Shown here: positions 26,001 to 35,523 of the stretch, piece by piece
Position numbering within the stretch: position 1 is the first letter of the stretch
Layout of the letters: each line of letters begins with the position of its first letter
Source: an uncultured bacterium
GTDB lineage: Bacteria > Joyebacterota > Joyebacteria > Joyebacterales > Joyebacteraceae
Reading direction: 5' to 3'
Assembly (NCBI GenBank): GCA_964521425.1
Contig: CAZFRO010000005.1
Span: 3,141-67,140 of the forward strand
Length of the DNA: 64,000 nt
The notes under the pieces: model-generated
Databases searched by the model: none
Told to the model about the DNA's origin: nothing
What the model saw: only the letters and a program-made list of their open reading frames with translations
Translations under genes and position numbers: made by a program

Positions 26001-27951
26001 CGCCATGCCGTCCCGCACAGGTCAGGTGCCATGCCACGGCTCCGTCGCGTCCCTCCTCTGGAGGATCATCGTCGCAGGGCTCACCAAGAACCCGGGCTAC
26101 TTGTTCGTGCAGCTTTCGCTTCAAGTCTGCATCGGATTCGGGCCACAACAGTCGCCTGACAAGATCGGCGGTCAGGGAACGGACGTCGCGAAAGCGCGGG
26201 AGCGAGGCAAGACCGAGCGCGGCCAGTCGCTGAATCGCTTCATCCACATCCAGCGCTGGGAGACCGGTAATCCGGACGATTGTGTCACCGGTTATTCCGG
26301 GTCCCAGAGCGACAACACGTGCGACCTCCAACTCGGCGTTAGAGAGACCCGCCAACCGGGTTCTGAGCATCTCAGATATCGAATCTGGGACACCTGCCTC
26401 GTCTGCTCGACACACGTCGAGCGCGAGACCCTCTGGGGACCTTTGAAGGCAGCCCCTCGAAGCCAAGTACCCAGTCAGCTCCCTGACGAATCGAGGGCTG
26501 CTGTCCGTGTGCTCGACCAACCAGTCGATAAGCCCGCTGCATGGCGCCGTGCCCGTGGTTTCCCCAACCAGGAGACCGACGTCGTACCAGAGCATAGTGC
26601 CGATTTCCTCGAACTGAACCGTGAGTGGTTCCCCAAGTACGTTCCTCCCAACCCCCGACCACGCCAAGTCGGATTCAGAGGAGACCTGATCGCACATAAC
26701 AAGCAAGAGCATTGGACCCTTCACTGCGGAGGTCTCCGCAATGATGATCTCAAGATCCTCAGGAGACAGGGTCTCGATTCCATCCACAAGGACAACGGTG
26801 GGTCCCTTGGAGCCAGCGTGTGAACCTGAGTCTGCGGTCCAAGCGACAGAATGCTCCGACTCTGAGGGGCTCCCGCTCCCGGCTTGACGCCGAGTGTCCC
26901 AAGAGACCTCCGCGAACCTGCCGCCCTCGGCAAGCGCCTCTATCCGACACAGCTGACCCAGTGTGCTCTTGCCCACACCCCTTGGACCCACGAGAACGAG
27001 AGCATGCCCACCACGGCGCTCGGCTCGGCGCTTGCCCCAACCGAACAGATGGAGAGCGTCGTCACGCATCACGATCCCACTGCCGCGTCTGTGCGGTTCA
27101 TCCAGACCCAAGGCCGCAAGATCTACACCGCGAAGGAGCCCCCTGGCCTCCTGAGCTCCTCGGGGTCTCAGAGCCTCTTCGGACGACAGTATCTTGGCTA
27201 GCACGTCCTGAAGTCCAATCGGAAGCTCGGGTCTGATCTCGGACAGCATCTCAATCGGATCGGGAGATCCACTTGGGTTCCCCTCCAACGCACTGAACAG
27301 AAGTTCGATGATGATTCTGCCAACTGAGAGAAGATCGGCATGTGCTCCGCTTTCAGACCGCGGAGCCAATTCGAGCGGCGATCGAGAGGTGCCATCGAAC
27401 CCTTGGCAGGACCTTCGACGCCATGCGCGGTGGAATCCGATCACGTGCACTGAGACGGGCATCGTGGAATCACTGCCAGTCGATACCCACACGCAATCAC
27501 GCGTGAGTGCGGTGTGTGCCAGACCAACTGCATGCACGTAATCGAGAAAGCCAAGAAGCGAATCAAACAGGGATGTGATGCTGTCGATGTCGGCGCCTGA
27601 CTTGGCCCAACTGCTGAGGGACTGCCACGGTCCATCTGATTCCAGAAAGAGACCCGGAGTATGAACAGATCGAGGGGAAAGGCCAAGGACTCGGGGAATG
27701 AGGGGATGAGACAATCTGGATAATGTGCGAAACTCCCTGAGCAGTCCAGACAGCAGCGGGGAACTACTGCCTCTCGTGTGTGCCAGGAGTTCGACGCCGA
27801 CGGTATCCCCCGTCTGCGTGTTGCGACCCTGCCACAGCTCAACACCATTGACGTTGCCGAGCTGCTTCACGAGCTCGCAGTCGAATGGTTGGTCCCCGTC
27901 ACATGCAATACGATGATTGCGCTTCTCACAACGACCACTCTCTGATGTCAT
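23092..27951 (-). CDS. Giant (1619 aa) sigma-54-dependent transcriptional activator: pseudokinase-like + STAND-like P-loop NTPase + TPR + GAF + sigma-54 AAA+ + Fis HTH
   Basis: N-terminal kinase-like domain with degenerate catalytic residues (VGVELLAHT instead of VAIK; LAHTALTRDCVWV instead of HRDLKPEN). Walker A GPRGVGKST. TPR-like repeats in the middle. GAF-like segment (LLVVPMTLREQLIGFIYLDY...). Sigma-54 interaction domain (LIEGESGTGKELVARAIH...ESELFGHVRGAFTGA...GTFFLDEIADMP...FREDLFYRLNVV). C-terminal HTH (RTAEALGLSRQGLLKKIARL). Confidence 0.8.
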   Translation of the reverse strand: MTSESGRCEKRNHRIACDGDQPFDCELVKQLGNVNGVELWQGRNTQTGDTVGVELLAHTRGSSSPLLSGLLREFRTLSRLSHPLIPRVLGLSPRSVHTPGLFLESDGPWQSLSSWAKSGADIDSITSLFDSLLGFLDYVHAVGLAHTALTRDCVWVSTGSDSTMPVSVHVIGFHRAWRRRSCQGFDGTSRSPLELAPRSESGAHADLLSVGRIIIELLFSALEGNPSGSPDPIEMLSEIRPELPIGLQDVLAKILSSEEALRPRGAQEARGLLRGVDLAALGLDEPHRRGSGIVMRDDALHLFGWGKRRAERRGGHALVLVGPRGVGKSTLGQLCRIEALAEGGRFAEVSWDTRRQAGSGSPSESEHSVAWTADSGSHAGSKGPTVVLVDGIETLSPEDLEIIIAETSAVKGPMLLLVMCDQVSSESDLAWSGVGRNVLGEPLTVQFEEIGTMLWYDVGLLVGETTGTAPCSGLIDWLVEHTDSSPRFVRELTGYLASRGCLQRSPEGLALDVCRADEAGVPDSISEMLRTRLAGLSNAELEVARVVALGPGITGDTIVRITGLPALDVDEAIQRLAALGLASLPRFRDVRSLTADLVRRLLWPESDADLKRKLHEQVARVLGEPCDDDPPEEGRDGAVAWHLTCAGRHGDALPIAVDMTISALDAEQLDESECYLGLLETVLAATSDVPGRVLSSLVHLSAGYWRAGRTSLCARVSRLGLDVAARNQPESKDELIELLWLLGRAATLSGDPDGALRALDRALKLSTESKNRIRTAGIQLSFCIVHCARGEFREADQLADESIVLLEGSGRTDLIARSYTSKSNALHALCEWQSSLAWSLRAVEASRGDGSVNTPLSIYLSNAGWTSMRLGNWEAAEQYLAEALLLASRAGDLYQLQLALLNMGCLWARRGVYKKAAQCLHDASSWAEQAGDQWGLAMILVDLGQLELACGNPGFALGYYGRAEVLMNEMRSVDDLPELLRARAEALLAQGRHREARESAEESRKLSTRIENRLEAANSARVLGEIATRDGELNRALGLCGEATETLRAIKAPYELAQSLAATARVERERGELRDAVALLEESRDIFRNLGARRDTRVIQEELALMARALQLPAAELPGEREHLASLYRSSQVLASSESQGDAARELADIAAAGIPAETVVVHLLQPGSKGITCQSSLCVREGVELEMQESVPVLLEHLAEGEPIIRVTRDDQCSPALTALVVDHDLRSLLVVPMTLREQLIGFIYLDYQKRDTTFSHEDVRFVEALAAQAATAIDNVRLRADLEEELETLRWEVDSRFSFANIIGRSAKMQQLFSLLQKVAATSVTVLIEGESGTGKELVARAIHHNSSRKHARFVPQNCAALPEQLLESELFGHVRGAFTGALKEKTGLFESANRGTFFLDEIADMPQALQVKLLRVLQEGEIRRVGATDCIDVDVRIIAATNKLLDGEVKAGHFREDLFYRLNVVRIRMPALRERRDDIPLLAQHFLDLFSDECNKDISGFTDHAMDVLVNYDWPGNVRELENEIQRAVALSKPRVPISAQSLSERFRSVEVTIKPPRPGVQLSLKDMVEGVESRVILQMLEQYKWNKSRTAEALGLSRQGLLKKIARLNLTPDKE

Positions 27952-28003
27952 TCACTCCTCCCTGCACCCTCTCCACAACCCATGATCCAGTCGCTGATCC
28001 AGC

Positions 28004-29284
28004 TCAGGACTTCTTGGTCCTGACTTCCACACCTCCATCAGAGATGAGTTTGAGGAAGACGTCGACCACTCGAGCATCGAAATCGGTCCCCCTCCCCTGT
28101 CGCAACTCCTCCAACGCTACATCTGTGTCCAAACCCCGCCTGTAAGGGCGATCAGACGTCATCGCGTCAAATGCGTCCGCCACCTTCACGATGCTCGCCT
28201 CAAGCGGAATCTCACTGCCCTCAAGACCATCGGGATAGCCCTTTCCATCACAGCGTTCGTGATGATAGAGCACAACCTCGCGCGCACCCTTCAGGAAGTG
28301 AAGATCGGAGACGATTCTGGCGCCGGTCTCCGGGTGCGTCCGCATCTCTTTCCATTCATCATCGCTGAGTTTCCCCGGCTTGAGGAGCACATCGTGCTGT
28401 ATCGCGATCTTGCCCATGTCATGAAGGAGGCTGGCGTACTCGACTATTAGTACACGCCGTTCGGACAGCCCCATTCGCCGGGCTATGCTCGTCGAGTACT
28501 CGGTCACTCGCTCGGAGTGACCACTCGTGAACGGGTCGCTCGCATCAATCGCCGACGTGAGAGCTCTCACCGTGTTCATGTGGGCTTCACGCATGTCCAT
28601 GTAGAGCTTGAAGGAGTAGCGTGCCAGCATGAGCGGAAACAGGAAGAGAGCTACGCCGGGAATGCCGACATGGAGGTAGATCACGACCATGATCGCGCCC
28701 AGTGGAACGAAACCGACGAGATGCGTGGCAGTAGTCCAGAGGTATGTGCGCTGCCATACGCGCCATGGGTTCGTGTGCTGGATAAGCGAGATCACGAAGC
28801 TGACGCCAAAAGTATCCACAAGGAAATACGTGGCTCCGCAGGCCGCCAAGGGGAGAATCAACTCAGTCACATTCGGGGTCAGGTAACCGCCCGCCTTTTC
28901 GAAGACGAACCCGGCCGCGAAGATCATGACAATGAAGAGAGATGCATTGAAGAGCACTTTGTACATCGGCTGCTTCGCTGCCGACGCGGCCACGGTGACG
29001 ATTGTCGAGATGATAGCTGCGACAACCGGTCCGAAGATGACGATGGCGGCATAGTCCAGCGCAGATGATACCGTGATGTAGGCACTGGAGCCCGGCAGTG
29101 TGATCGGACTGAGCTCTGCGGCGAAGGCGAAGAGCAGCCACCACAGAACTGGAGCCCAGGAATCAACATGGACTGTGGGGAACTTCCATACCGCCAGGAC
29201 AAGCCCAAGCCCCACTATGAGGAAATAGTAGAGTCTGAACCAGACCGTTGTCCCCTCGAAGGGACTTGCCGTGGAGTCACTCAA
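28004..29284 (-). CDS. 7TM-sensor HD-GYP domain c-di-GMP phosphodiesterase
   Basis: About seven N-terminal TM helices. C-terminal HD-GYP (LLHDMGKIAIQHDVLLKPGKLSDDEWKEMRTHPETG...VVLYHHERCDGKGYPDGL...VADAFDAMTSDRPYRRG). Confidence 0.8.
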   Translation of the reverse strand: MSDSTASPFEGTTVWFRLYYFLIVGLGLVLAVWKFPTVHVDSWAPVLWWLLFAFAAELSPITLPGSSAYITVSSALDYAAIVIFGPVVAAIISTIVTVAASAAKQPMYKVLFNASLFIVMIFAAGFVFEKAGGYLTPNVTELILPLAACGATYFLVDTFGVSFVISLIQHTNPWRVWQRTYLWTTATHLVGFVPLGAIMVVIYLHVGIPGVALFLFPLMLARYSFKLYMDMREAHMNTVRALTSAIDASDPFTSGHSERVTEYSTSIARRMGLSERRVLIVEYASLLHDMGKIAIQHDVLLKPGKLSDDEWKEMRTHPETGARIVSDLHFLKGAREVVLYHHERCDGKGYPDGLEGSEIPLEASIVKVADAFDAMTSDRPYRRGLDTDVALEELRQGRGTDFDARVVDVFLKLISDGGVEVRTKKS

Positions 29285-29502
29285 ATCAAGAACCTTGTGG
29301 TGGGGCGGGCCGACATCATCCTAGTCGCTACAACCAGCCTGATTTACCGGCCAGCACGATGTCATATAGGAATCTGAAGAAGAACAAAATTCCACCTCCT
29401 CGCGTCGTAAGCTACCCTTGGAAGCTACTGCTCATCTCTGACATGATGTCCACGTTCCAAGGGCAATAGGGGACGCTTCGCTGTGAGGTCGAATTCGCTT
29501 CG

Positions 29503-30321
29503 CTAGTCCTCCTGTACACTAGTCTCAGATGCCGGCCCGATGATCTCATATTCTGTTGGCACTTTGCGCCGAAGGCGCCGCAGATATCTATTTACCGCAT
29601 CAAGCGTAGCGAGCGCTGCCGCAAGCACTGGATCTCCGTTCACGGCACACGCACCGATCAGTTGTTTCTCCTGCCTGTCGGCGACGTGGATGACAGCTGT
29701 AACGACAATTGGAGTTCCACCGATCGTCACCTGCTCAATCGCATTCACCGCCAGGAGGCCCGCGTCGTCAAGAAGCTGCTGTATGGCCTTGATGACGGCC
29801 TCGGACACGGACCGCAGAATCGATGCTGGTGCGTCCGCACCGGCGACTGATGCCACGGTCTCGCCATCACCCAAGGCAAGCTCCACGCGTGCCTCGGCCA
29901 TATTCTGTGACTGAGCCACGCTTACGCCCACGAACTCGACACGGCGTTCACTCGTCTCAAGATGGCGGGCAGGTGCTGGAGCCTGTGGATTCTCGGCCTG
30001 TGGCCCTTCTTCCTTAGGACCGGAGTGCACAGGCTCATCGTCATCAACGAGCGCCACGCTTATCTTCCGATGATCCACAGGGAAGCCAAGCTTGGCCACC
30101 ATCAGCGAGCCGACATCACGCGCGACCTGCTTCGCGCTCCGTGCCGTTCCCGCGACAACGTGTATCTCGAGGATTCCTCCCCTATCGTCTGCCACGACTC
30201 GTGCCGATCTCACATCGTGCAGGCTGACCAGAGCCTGCTCAACATCGCCGATGGGCACAACGCGGTCGCTTGCCTTGAGAAGTATGGCGCCGCCTCCTGC
30301 TAGCTCATGGGTTCGTGGCAC
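29503..30321 (-). CDS. Hypothetical protein (272 aa) with two loosely similar halves; no recognisable family
   Basis: Long ORF with codon usage like its neighbours. Immediately upstream of the HD-GYP gene on the same strand. No signal peptide. Pro/Glu-rich central linker (PKEEGPQAENPQAPAPA). Confidence 0.45.
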   Translation of the reverse strand: MPRTHELAGGGAILLKASDRVVPIGDVEQALVSLHDVRSARVVADDRGGILEIHVVAGTARSAKQVARDVGSLMVAKLGFPVDHRKISVALVDDDEPVHSGPKEEGPQAENPQAPAPARHLETSERRVEFVGVSVAQSQNMAEARVELALGDGETVASVAGADAPASILRSVSEAVIKAIQQLLDDAGLLAVNAIEQVTIGGTPIVVTAVIHVADRQEKQLIGACAVNGDPVLAAALATLDAVNRYLRRLRRKVPTEYEIIGPASETSVQED

Positions 30322-30986
30322 TCAAGGTGCCGCTCGCGGCCTGAATCTACAATAAACTACGTTGTCGGGAGGAAAGTCAAGAGCTAACGCCTGCATCGGC
30401 GGCAACGACCTCTCGCACACACTATGCTTGTCGATTTCAGCTTGACAGCGAAGGGGAATCATGTCACACATCCGAGGGTGGAAGCAACGATATGGCGAAT
30501 GGGTGACTGCAGGCATCCCTATTGAGGAGGTGTAGCATGGGAATGCGGGGATGGCGACCATCGGCGACGCTGCTGACCGCCATGATCGCGCCTGATGTTG
30601 GGGTGGCGCCGAGTTGCACCAGCCCTGATGACCTCAAGTGCGGTCTAGGATACCGTGAGCCCCAAGAGCAAGCGTCTACCGCTCACCCGTGCGAATTCGA
30701 GATCCGGCCGAGATAGGGCTCTGCGCAGACTGAGGACGGACTCACACCCCCTTGCTCGCTTTCGCTTCGTGGGATTTCCTGCCACTCAACGGGATTCCCG
30801 TTGAGCCACCGGGTCCAGGGCTCCCCGATTCCAACCTTCGGATGAGGATTGTGAGGGCGATGACGGAGGCAACAGGAGGCTCAGGTTGCAGCGGAGTATT
30901 CCTCCTGAGGAGCGCTAGGAGCCCGCCGGATCGGTTCGACATCGAAGCAGCGTTCACCTACCCTATCACGCGAGGAGGTACCCCCG

Positions 30987-31871
30987 TTGAATTTGAAGCC
31001 AATCTCCAGCTGCGCGGCCACTCTTATTGCTGGTGCACTGATGCTCTCGGTGATGCCAGGCTGTGGCAATGCCGAGAGCGGAAATGCACCGTACGACATC
31101 GACACTCTCCAGCCTGGAGAGCGAGCACTGGTTACGCTCCCTCTCGAGTTCGATATCGTGTCGTCGAACAGGCTGTACGTTGATGGCGTGCTAGTCAAAC
31201 ACGCTCTTCTCACGACGGAGGACGGTGGCTCGCTCTTCCTCAACGGAACACCGATTCTCCCTCACAGGCCGTGCCCAGAGGGACCGCCGTTGCCCGAGGA
31301 GACATACGAGCGGGTCTACGGGGCCGTTCCATATGTTCAGGAACTCGTGGAATCAGGTGCCTCGGCGAGAGAGGCCGGGCAGGCGTATCTGGCTGCAAAG
31401 AGGAGAGTAGTTGGCAGACTGCATGAGCTGTACCTTGCTGCTCGCGAGTCTGGAAAGGACCGAGACGCTGCGGGGACCGTGGCTTTCGATGCTCTTAGGG
31501 ACCTAGACGAGGCGAGTCTGATTGACTGGGACGGCGAGGTCACGCAGAGCTACAACATGTTTATCGTCACCTGGAGAGGAATGAGAGGAGAGGAAGAGAT
31601 CCTGTTCGTGGACTCCGGGCCGGAGAGGCTCCAGGCACCGAGCGAGGAGGCGAAGCAGCGTCTCGCCACGCGGCTCTACGAACTGCTCGGCCGGGGTGGC
31701 GCACCGTGCTGGTACGTCATCACGTGCAGCAGCACGTCTATCGACATAGGGACGGAAGCCGTCGCCAAGACGCAAGCTCATCTCGATGAGGCAAGGCAGA
31801 CCGGGGTGATCGAGGGCGGTGCTCTGTCGAAGCTCGCAGTCGAGCAGATACTTGCCAATGAGGGGAGGTGA
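30987..31871 (+). CDS. Hypothetical lipoprotein
   Basis: Lipoprotein signal MNLKPISSCAATLIAGALMLSVMPGC. The stop overlaps the start of the downstream giant cargo gene. Confidence 0.5.
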   Translation: MNLKPISSCAATLIAGALMLSVMPGCGNAESGNAPYDIDTLQPGERALVTLPLEFDIVSSNRLYVDGVLVKHALLTTEDGGSLFLNGTPILPHRPCPEGPPLPEETYERVYGAVPYVQELVESGASAREAGQAYLAAKRRVVGRLHELYLAARESGKDRDAAGTVAFDALRDLDEASLIDWDGEVTQSYNMFIVTWRGMRGEEEILFVDSGPERLQAPSEEAKQRLATRLYELLGRGGAPCWYVITCSSTSIDIGTEAVAKTQAHLDEARQTGVIEGGALSKLAVEQILANEGR

Positions 31872-34800
31872 GCGAGATGCCGAGTAGATTGACATGCTTA
31901 GCGATGTGCTTGGGCCTGCTCATCGCGTCCAGCTCACCCGCGCTTGCCGAATCCGCCGGGATCTTCGACATGTGCGACTGGGAAAACGACCATCTGAACT
32001 ACGATGACGCGGTGCTTGAGCGGTGCATTGCGGCGAAGGACACGTGGGATATCCTCGCTGGGATGGTCAGGGTGCGTCAGGAGAGCAGTCTTGACAACGA
32101 CCCGGCGGCCAGCTTGCTGACGTGGCAAGACCTTGTCGCCGGCAGCACCGCCGTGGACATCACTTCACACGGGGGCAGTGGCGGCTCCCTGGCGGCGGAG
32201 TTCTATGCAGACGAGACCGTCAGAGACGCCGTCTTCGATCAGTACACGCACGAGGAGACCGGTGGGTATGGGGTGTCCCAGATCAGGGTTGGGACCGTCG
32301 TCAGTCCTCCCGACACAGCCTACACTATCACATGGAAGGCTCAGGGCATTTCTGACTTCCTCTCCTCCGCCGCCCTCGGCATCTCATCGCGGGCGATCCT
32401 CTTCGGGGACTACTGCGCCAGCTGCACGAGCGCATACCAGTGGGGATTGGATTTTAGTGGGTCATGGTGGCCCATCGGTGGTGCGATGTTCTGCTACACG
32501 GAGTCTCAGCCCTCCGATCCGCTGACAGACTATCGCGAGAACCTCTACGGTGCGATGAGCTCTCTGGGCTGCTATGTCCTCGGGCGGGATTCGAGTGTGG
32601 GCGACGCAGAGGATGAGATCACCGAAGAAGGTTCAGACGTAGATATCACGGTTCTGGGTGACCGTGAGAGCAGCTACCACTTGGATGAGGACTGCCACAA
32701 CCCCGCCGCCGCCTTCGACGGTGCCTTTGCGTTCGATGGGAAGATCGTGTTCCGAACTGCCTACGAGGCGGGGTCGATCTGTCACTTCGTGATGGGAGTG
32801 GACTCGTGGCGAGACGTGAACGTGAAGGACTGGACTTCATGGGATGTGCTCGCACGTGTAAGACCGGAGGGAGGGCGAGGAGTCGCCCAGCTCTACGAGG
32901 TTGACGACGTGCCTGACAAGGCCGCCTACCGGATCGTGGAGGTGGACCGCTACGGTCGTCCAACGTTCTCACCGGTCTTCGTACATGGCGCGAAACCGGC
33001 GGCGTACGACGAGTGGCTGGCGCATCCGGCTGTCGTGGCTGTGGTAGACAACAAGCATGGGATGTCGTCGGGGCTCTACCACTGGGTATCGGGTCGGAGG
33101 GTGCGCTATGGCCACGAGTTCACCTCGCCTGGAGAGGATGGGCACACGGGGAGTTCGGATGGAGGTCCGAGCTTCGCAAGCCGAGCCGACTCGAGCGGGT
33201 GCGCGGACATCATCGTGTACACGAATGCAGACTACGATAGCTTGCTCTTGCCCGTGGAGGATCACCTCTCCCACTACTCAGGCAAGAAGGTCCTTTACTT
33301 CCTAGGAAGCTCCAGCTTGGCCGACGCACAAACGTGCTACGGCGACGTTCACTCAAGCAACGTGGCGTACAATCAGGCAACAGGTACCGATAGGTTCCCA
33401 ACGGATGCCCCAGGGCCACTTCTGCTGCTCGTGGGCGACTCCTATCCGAGTATCATAGTATCGCACGACAGCTTCCCTGACGAGCATGACAGGTGCCAGT
33501 ATCCGTGCTTCTCGGATCGCGACGCCACGGATGTTCTGGGATCCGGCCCGATTGGACTTGTGCATCGCATCCCTGCTGATACCGTGGCTGAGGTAGAACG
33601 AGCATGTGCTGGGGCCTACGACTGGAACCGTGGGGATCATGTAGATCCAAACTGGAGCACCATCGAGGTTGTCGGGAACCGATTGGGCGACTCAATCACT
33701 GAGTGGCCGATTGAGATGGCCGACGATGCCGCATCGAAATTCATGGGAATGGGTTGTCTGGCGAAGCCGCCTCTCGTGGAGGGAGACTACCCCTATTCGC
33801 AACAGGGCACATTGGACAAGTGGGCAGACTTCGATGCTCAACTTGACGACGGTGCCGCGATGCTATGGGGCTTCGGCCGCGTCACGGACGCGCTCTATGA
33901 CGCAAGCTACGGTGGATGGGCTGGTCACTTCGTGCACAAGCCGGACACAACTGCGAACCGGACCCAACAACGCATCGTGGCGATGATGCCAGGTTGCACG
34001 ACAGTCGGAGTCTGGAAGGACAACACCTATGTGACTTCGCTTGTCGAGCGGTGGATGTACTTCGATCCGCGGTTCACTCAGATCGTTGGCACGGTCGGGC
34101 ATCTCACTGGCGGGTGGGAGCACCAGCACCGGAAGGCCGAGGAACTGTACATGGACGCGTGGCGCGAGGCCCCCAAGGATGCACCTCTTGATTGGGTAGT
34201 CTGGCGGGCGACGCAGATGGCGGAGGAGCAGGGCCTCTACTGGATGGAGGACTACTTCAGATCGGCCGCCACAATCGGTGGCTACGTTCTGGCTCGACCA
34301 GGAGGGGGCTGGAGTACGTCGGCCATTGTGACGGAGGCCGACTCTCTTGTGTTCTGCCCTTCGGGATGCGGCCAGTCACATGCTGACTCCATTACTATCA
34401 TCGTGACAGTGAAGGACAAGACGACCGGGATCCCTGTGGTTGGAAAACCTCCGGAGGACATCCGCGTAAGTGCGTGGTCGGAGGAAGGCTTCTCGTTGGT
34501 CTGTGAGGATACATGCTACATTCTGCCCTGCCTGCATCCGCCATCCCCCACGGATGAGAATGGGCAGGCGTTCATCCCCCTGAACCGAGCCGGTGGTCAC
34601 GGTCCCGGCGCATTCTTGAGTGTCAACGTCAACTTCCCGGCCAGTGGGTATTCGATCGGTAGGACCATCGATCTGGAGGCCAAGTCGCCCGACATCAACG
34701 GCGACGGCTCTGTCGACCCGATTGATTTCGGCCGCTTCGGCACCGACTTCAGCGAAGGGGTGGGGTGGCGTTCGGATTTCGACTACGACGGAGATGTCGA

Positions 34801-35215
34801 CCCGATCGACTTCGCGAGGTTCTCCGCGCACTTCGGCCACAGCTGCGGGAGCAGACAAACGTCACAGATTCCTCCAGAGCTGCTGGCGCAGCTCGGCCTG
34901 GCGCCGCCCGGCGTGGAGGGCGATCAGCTTCCTGCGGTCTACGATCTCGATCAGAACACGCCGAACCCATTCAACCCTGTTACGTCCGTCAGGTACGCGG
35001 TTCCTCGTCCGGGTGGACGCGTGAAGATCGAGGTCTTCGATGTCGCGGGCAGGCATGTCACGACGCTAGTCGACGCCGAGAAGGAGCCTGGGTGGTACGT
35101 TGCCGCGTGGGATGGAACCGACGATGAGGGACATCGCGTGTCATCGAGCGTGTACTTCTGCAGGATGGAGGCGGCGGGGTTCTCCGAGAGCCGCAAGCTC
35201 GCGCTCGTCAAGTGA
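31868..35215 (+). CDS. Giant (1115 aa) secreted T9SS cargo protein with dockerin-like repeat pair; function unknown
   Basis: Signal peptide (MPSRLTCLAMCLGLLIASSSPALA). Dockerin-type Ca-binding repeats (DINGDGSVDPIDFGRF, DFDYDGDVDPIDFARF). C-terminal ~150 aa (dockerin + IPPELLAQLG linker + sorting domain TPNPFNPVTSVRYAV...IEVFDVAGRHV...VYFCRM...KLALVK) is shared with the 17124 cargo. Confidence 0.6.
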   Translation: MSEMPSRLTCLAMCLGLLIASSSPALAESAGIFDMCDWENDHLNYDDAVLERCIAAKDTWDILAGMVRVRQESSLDNDPAASLLTWQDLVAGSTAVDITSHGGSGGSLAAEFYADETVRDAVFDQYTHEETGGYGVSQIRVGTVVSPPDTAYTITWKAQGISDFLSSAALGISSRAILFGDYCASCTSAYQWGLDFSGSWWPIGGAMFCYTESQPSDPLTDYRENLYGAMSSLGCYVLGRDSSVGDAEDEITEEGSDVDITVLGDRESSYHLDEDCHNPAAAFDGAFAFDGKIVFRTAYEAGSICHFVMGVDSWRDVNVKDWTSWDVLARVRPEGGRGVAQLYEVDDVPDKAAYRIVEVDRYGRPTFSPVFVHGAKPAAYDEWLAHPAVVAVVDNKHGMSSGLYHWVSGRRVRYGHEFTSPGEDGHTGSSDGGPSFASRADSSGCADIIVYTNADYDSLLLPVEDHLSHYSGKKVLYFLGSSSLADAQTCYGDVHSSNVAYNQATGTDRFPTDAPGPLLLLVGDSYPSIIVSHDSFPDEHDRCQYPCFSDRDATDVLGSGPIGLVHRIPADTVAEVERACAGAYDWNRGDHVDPNWSTIEVVGNRLGDSITEWPIEMADDAASKFMGMGCLAKPPLVEGDYPYSQQGTLDKWADFDAQLDDGAAMLWGFGRVTDALYDASYGGWAGHFVHKPDTTANRTQQRIVAMMPGCTTVGVWKDNTYVTSLVERWMYFDPRFTQIVGTVGHLTGGWEHQHRKAEELYMDAWREAPKDAPLDWVVWRATQMAEEQGLYWMEDYFRSAATIGGYVLARPGGGWSTSAIVTEADSLVFCPSGCGQSHADSITIIVTVKDKTTGIPVVGKPPEDIRVSAWSEEGFSLVCEDTCYILPCLHPPSPTDENGQAFIPLNRAGGHGPGAFLSVNVNFPASGYSIGRTIDLEAKSPDINGDGSVDPIDFGRFGTDFSEGVGWRSDFDYDGDVDPIDFARFSAHFGHSCGSRQTSQIPPELLAQLGLAPPGVEGDQLPAVYDLDQNTPNPFNPVTSVRYAVPRPGGRVKIEVFDVAGRHVTTLVDAEKEPGWYVAAWDGTDDEGHRVSSSVYFCRMEAAGFSESRKLALVK

Positions 35216-35295
35216 TGTGGAGCGGTCGGTGGTAGGTCGACTGCATGTTTGGGCACCCGCGCCGTTGGCGCGGGTGCTCTTCTGTTAGAGAGACA
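35216..35295 (+). repeat. Conserved 3' element, copy 3 (box TGATGTGGAGCGGTCGGTG plus terminator hairpin 35253-35277)
   Basis: Reads TCAAGTGATGTGGAGCGGTCGGTGG...TTTGGGCACCCGCGCCGTTGGCGCGGGTGCTCTTCTGTT. The ~35-nt hairpin block is identical to copy 2. Confidence 0.6.
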
Positions 35296-35523
35296 AGAGC
35301 ATCCTCAGCGGCACATCGAAGTGAAACCGGCTGGTCAGCTACCACGCGTTGGGTGGCCCCTCAGAATCGCCATCTCGCGCACCCCATATCAACTTCCTCA
35401 ATTCCACTATCTGTGATATCATCATATTGGTTCGATCTCTTGAGGTGGCGGCAATTGCTCCGCCACTCGTGTCGGTAGACACTGGCTTGTGTGATGTCGT
35501 GCACAAGGGAGAGGAGCGGGTCA

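Noticed and set aside
30395-30430. Possible sigma-54 (-24/-12) promoter near CGGCGGCAAC...TCGCACAC upstream of the cargo operon
   Set aside because: GG/GC spacing does not fit TGGCAC-N5-TTGCW in any register. Similar near-misses at 30470 and 30560 also fail. No confident sigma-54 promoter could be called by eye.
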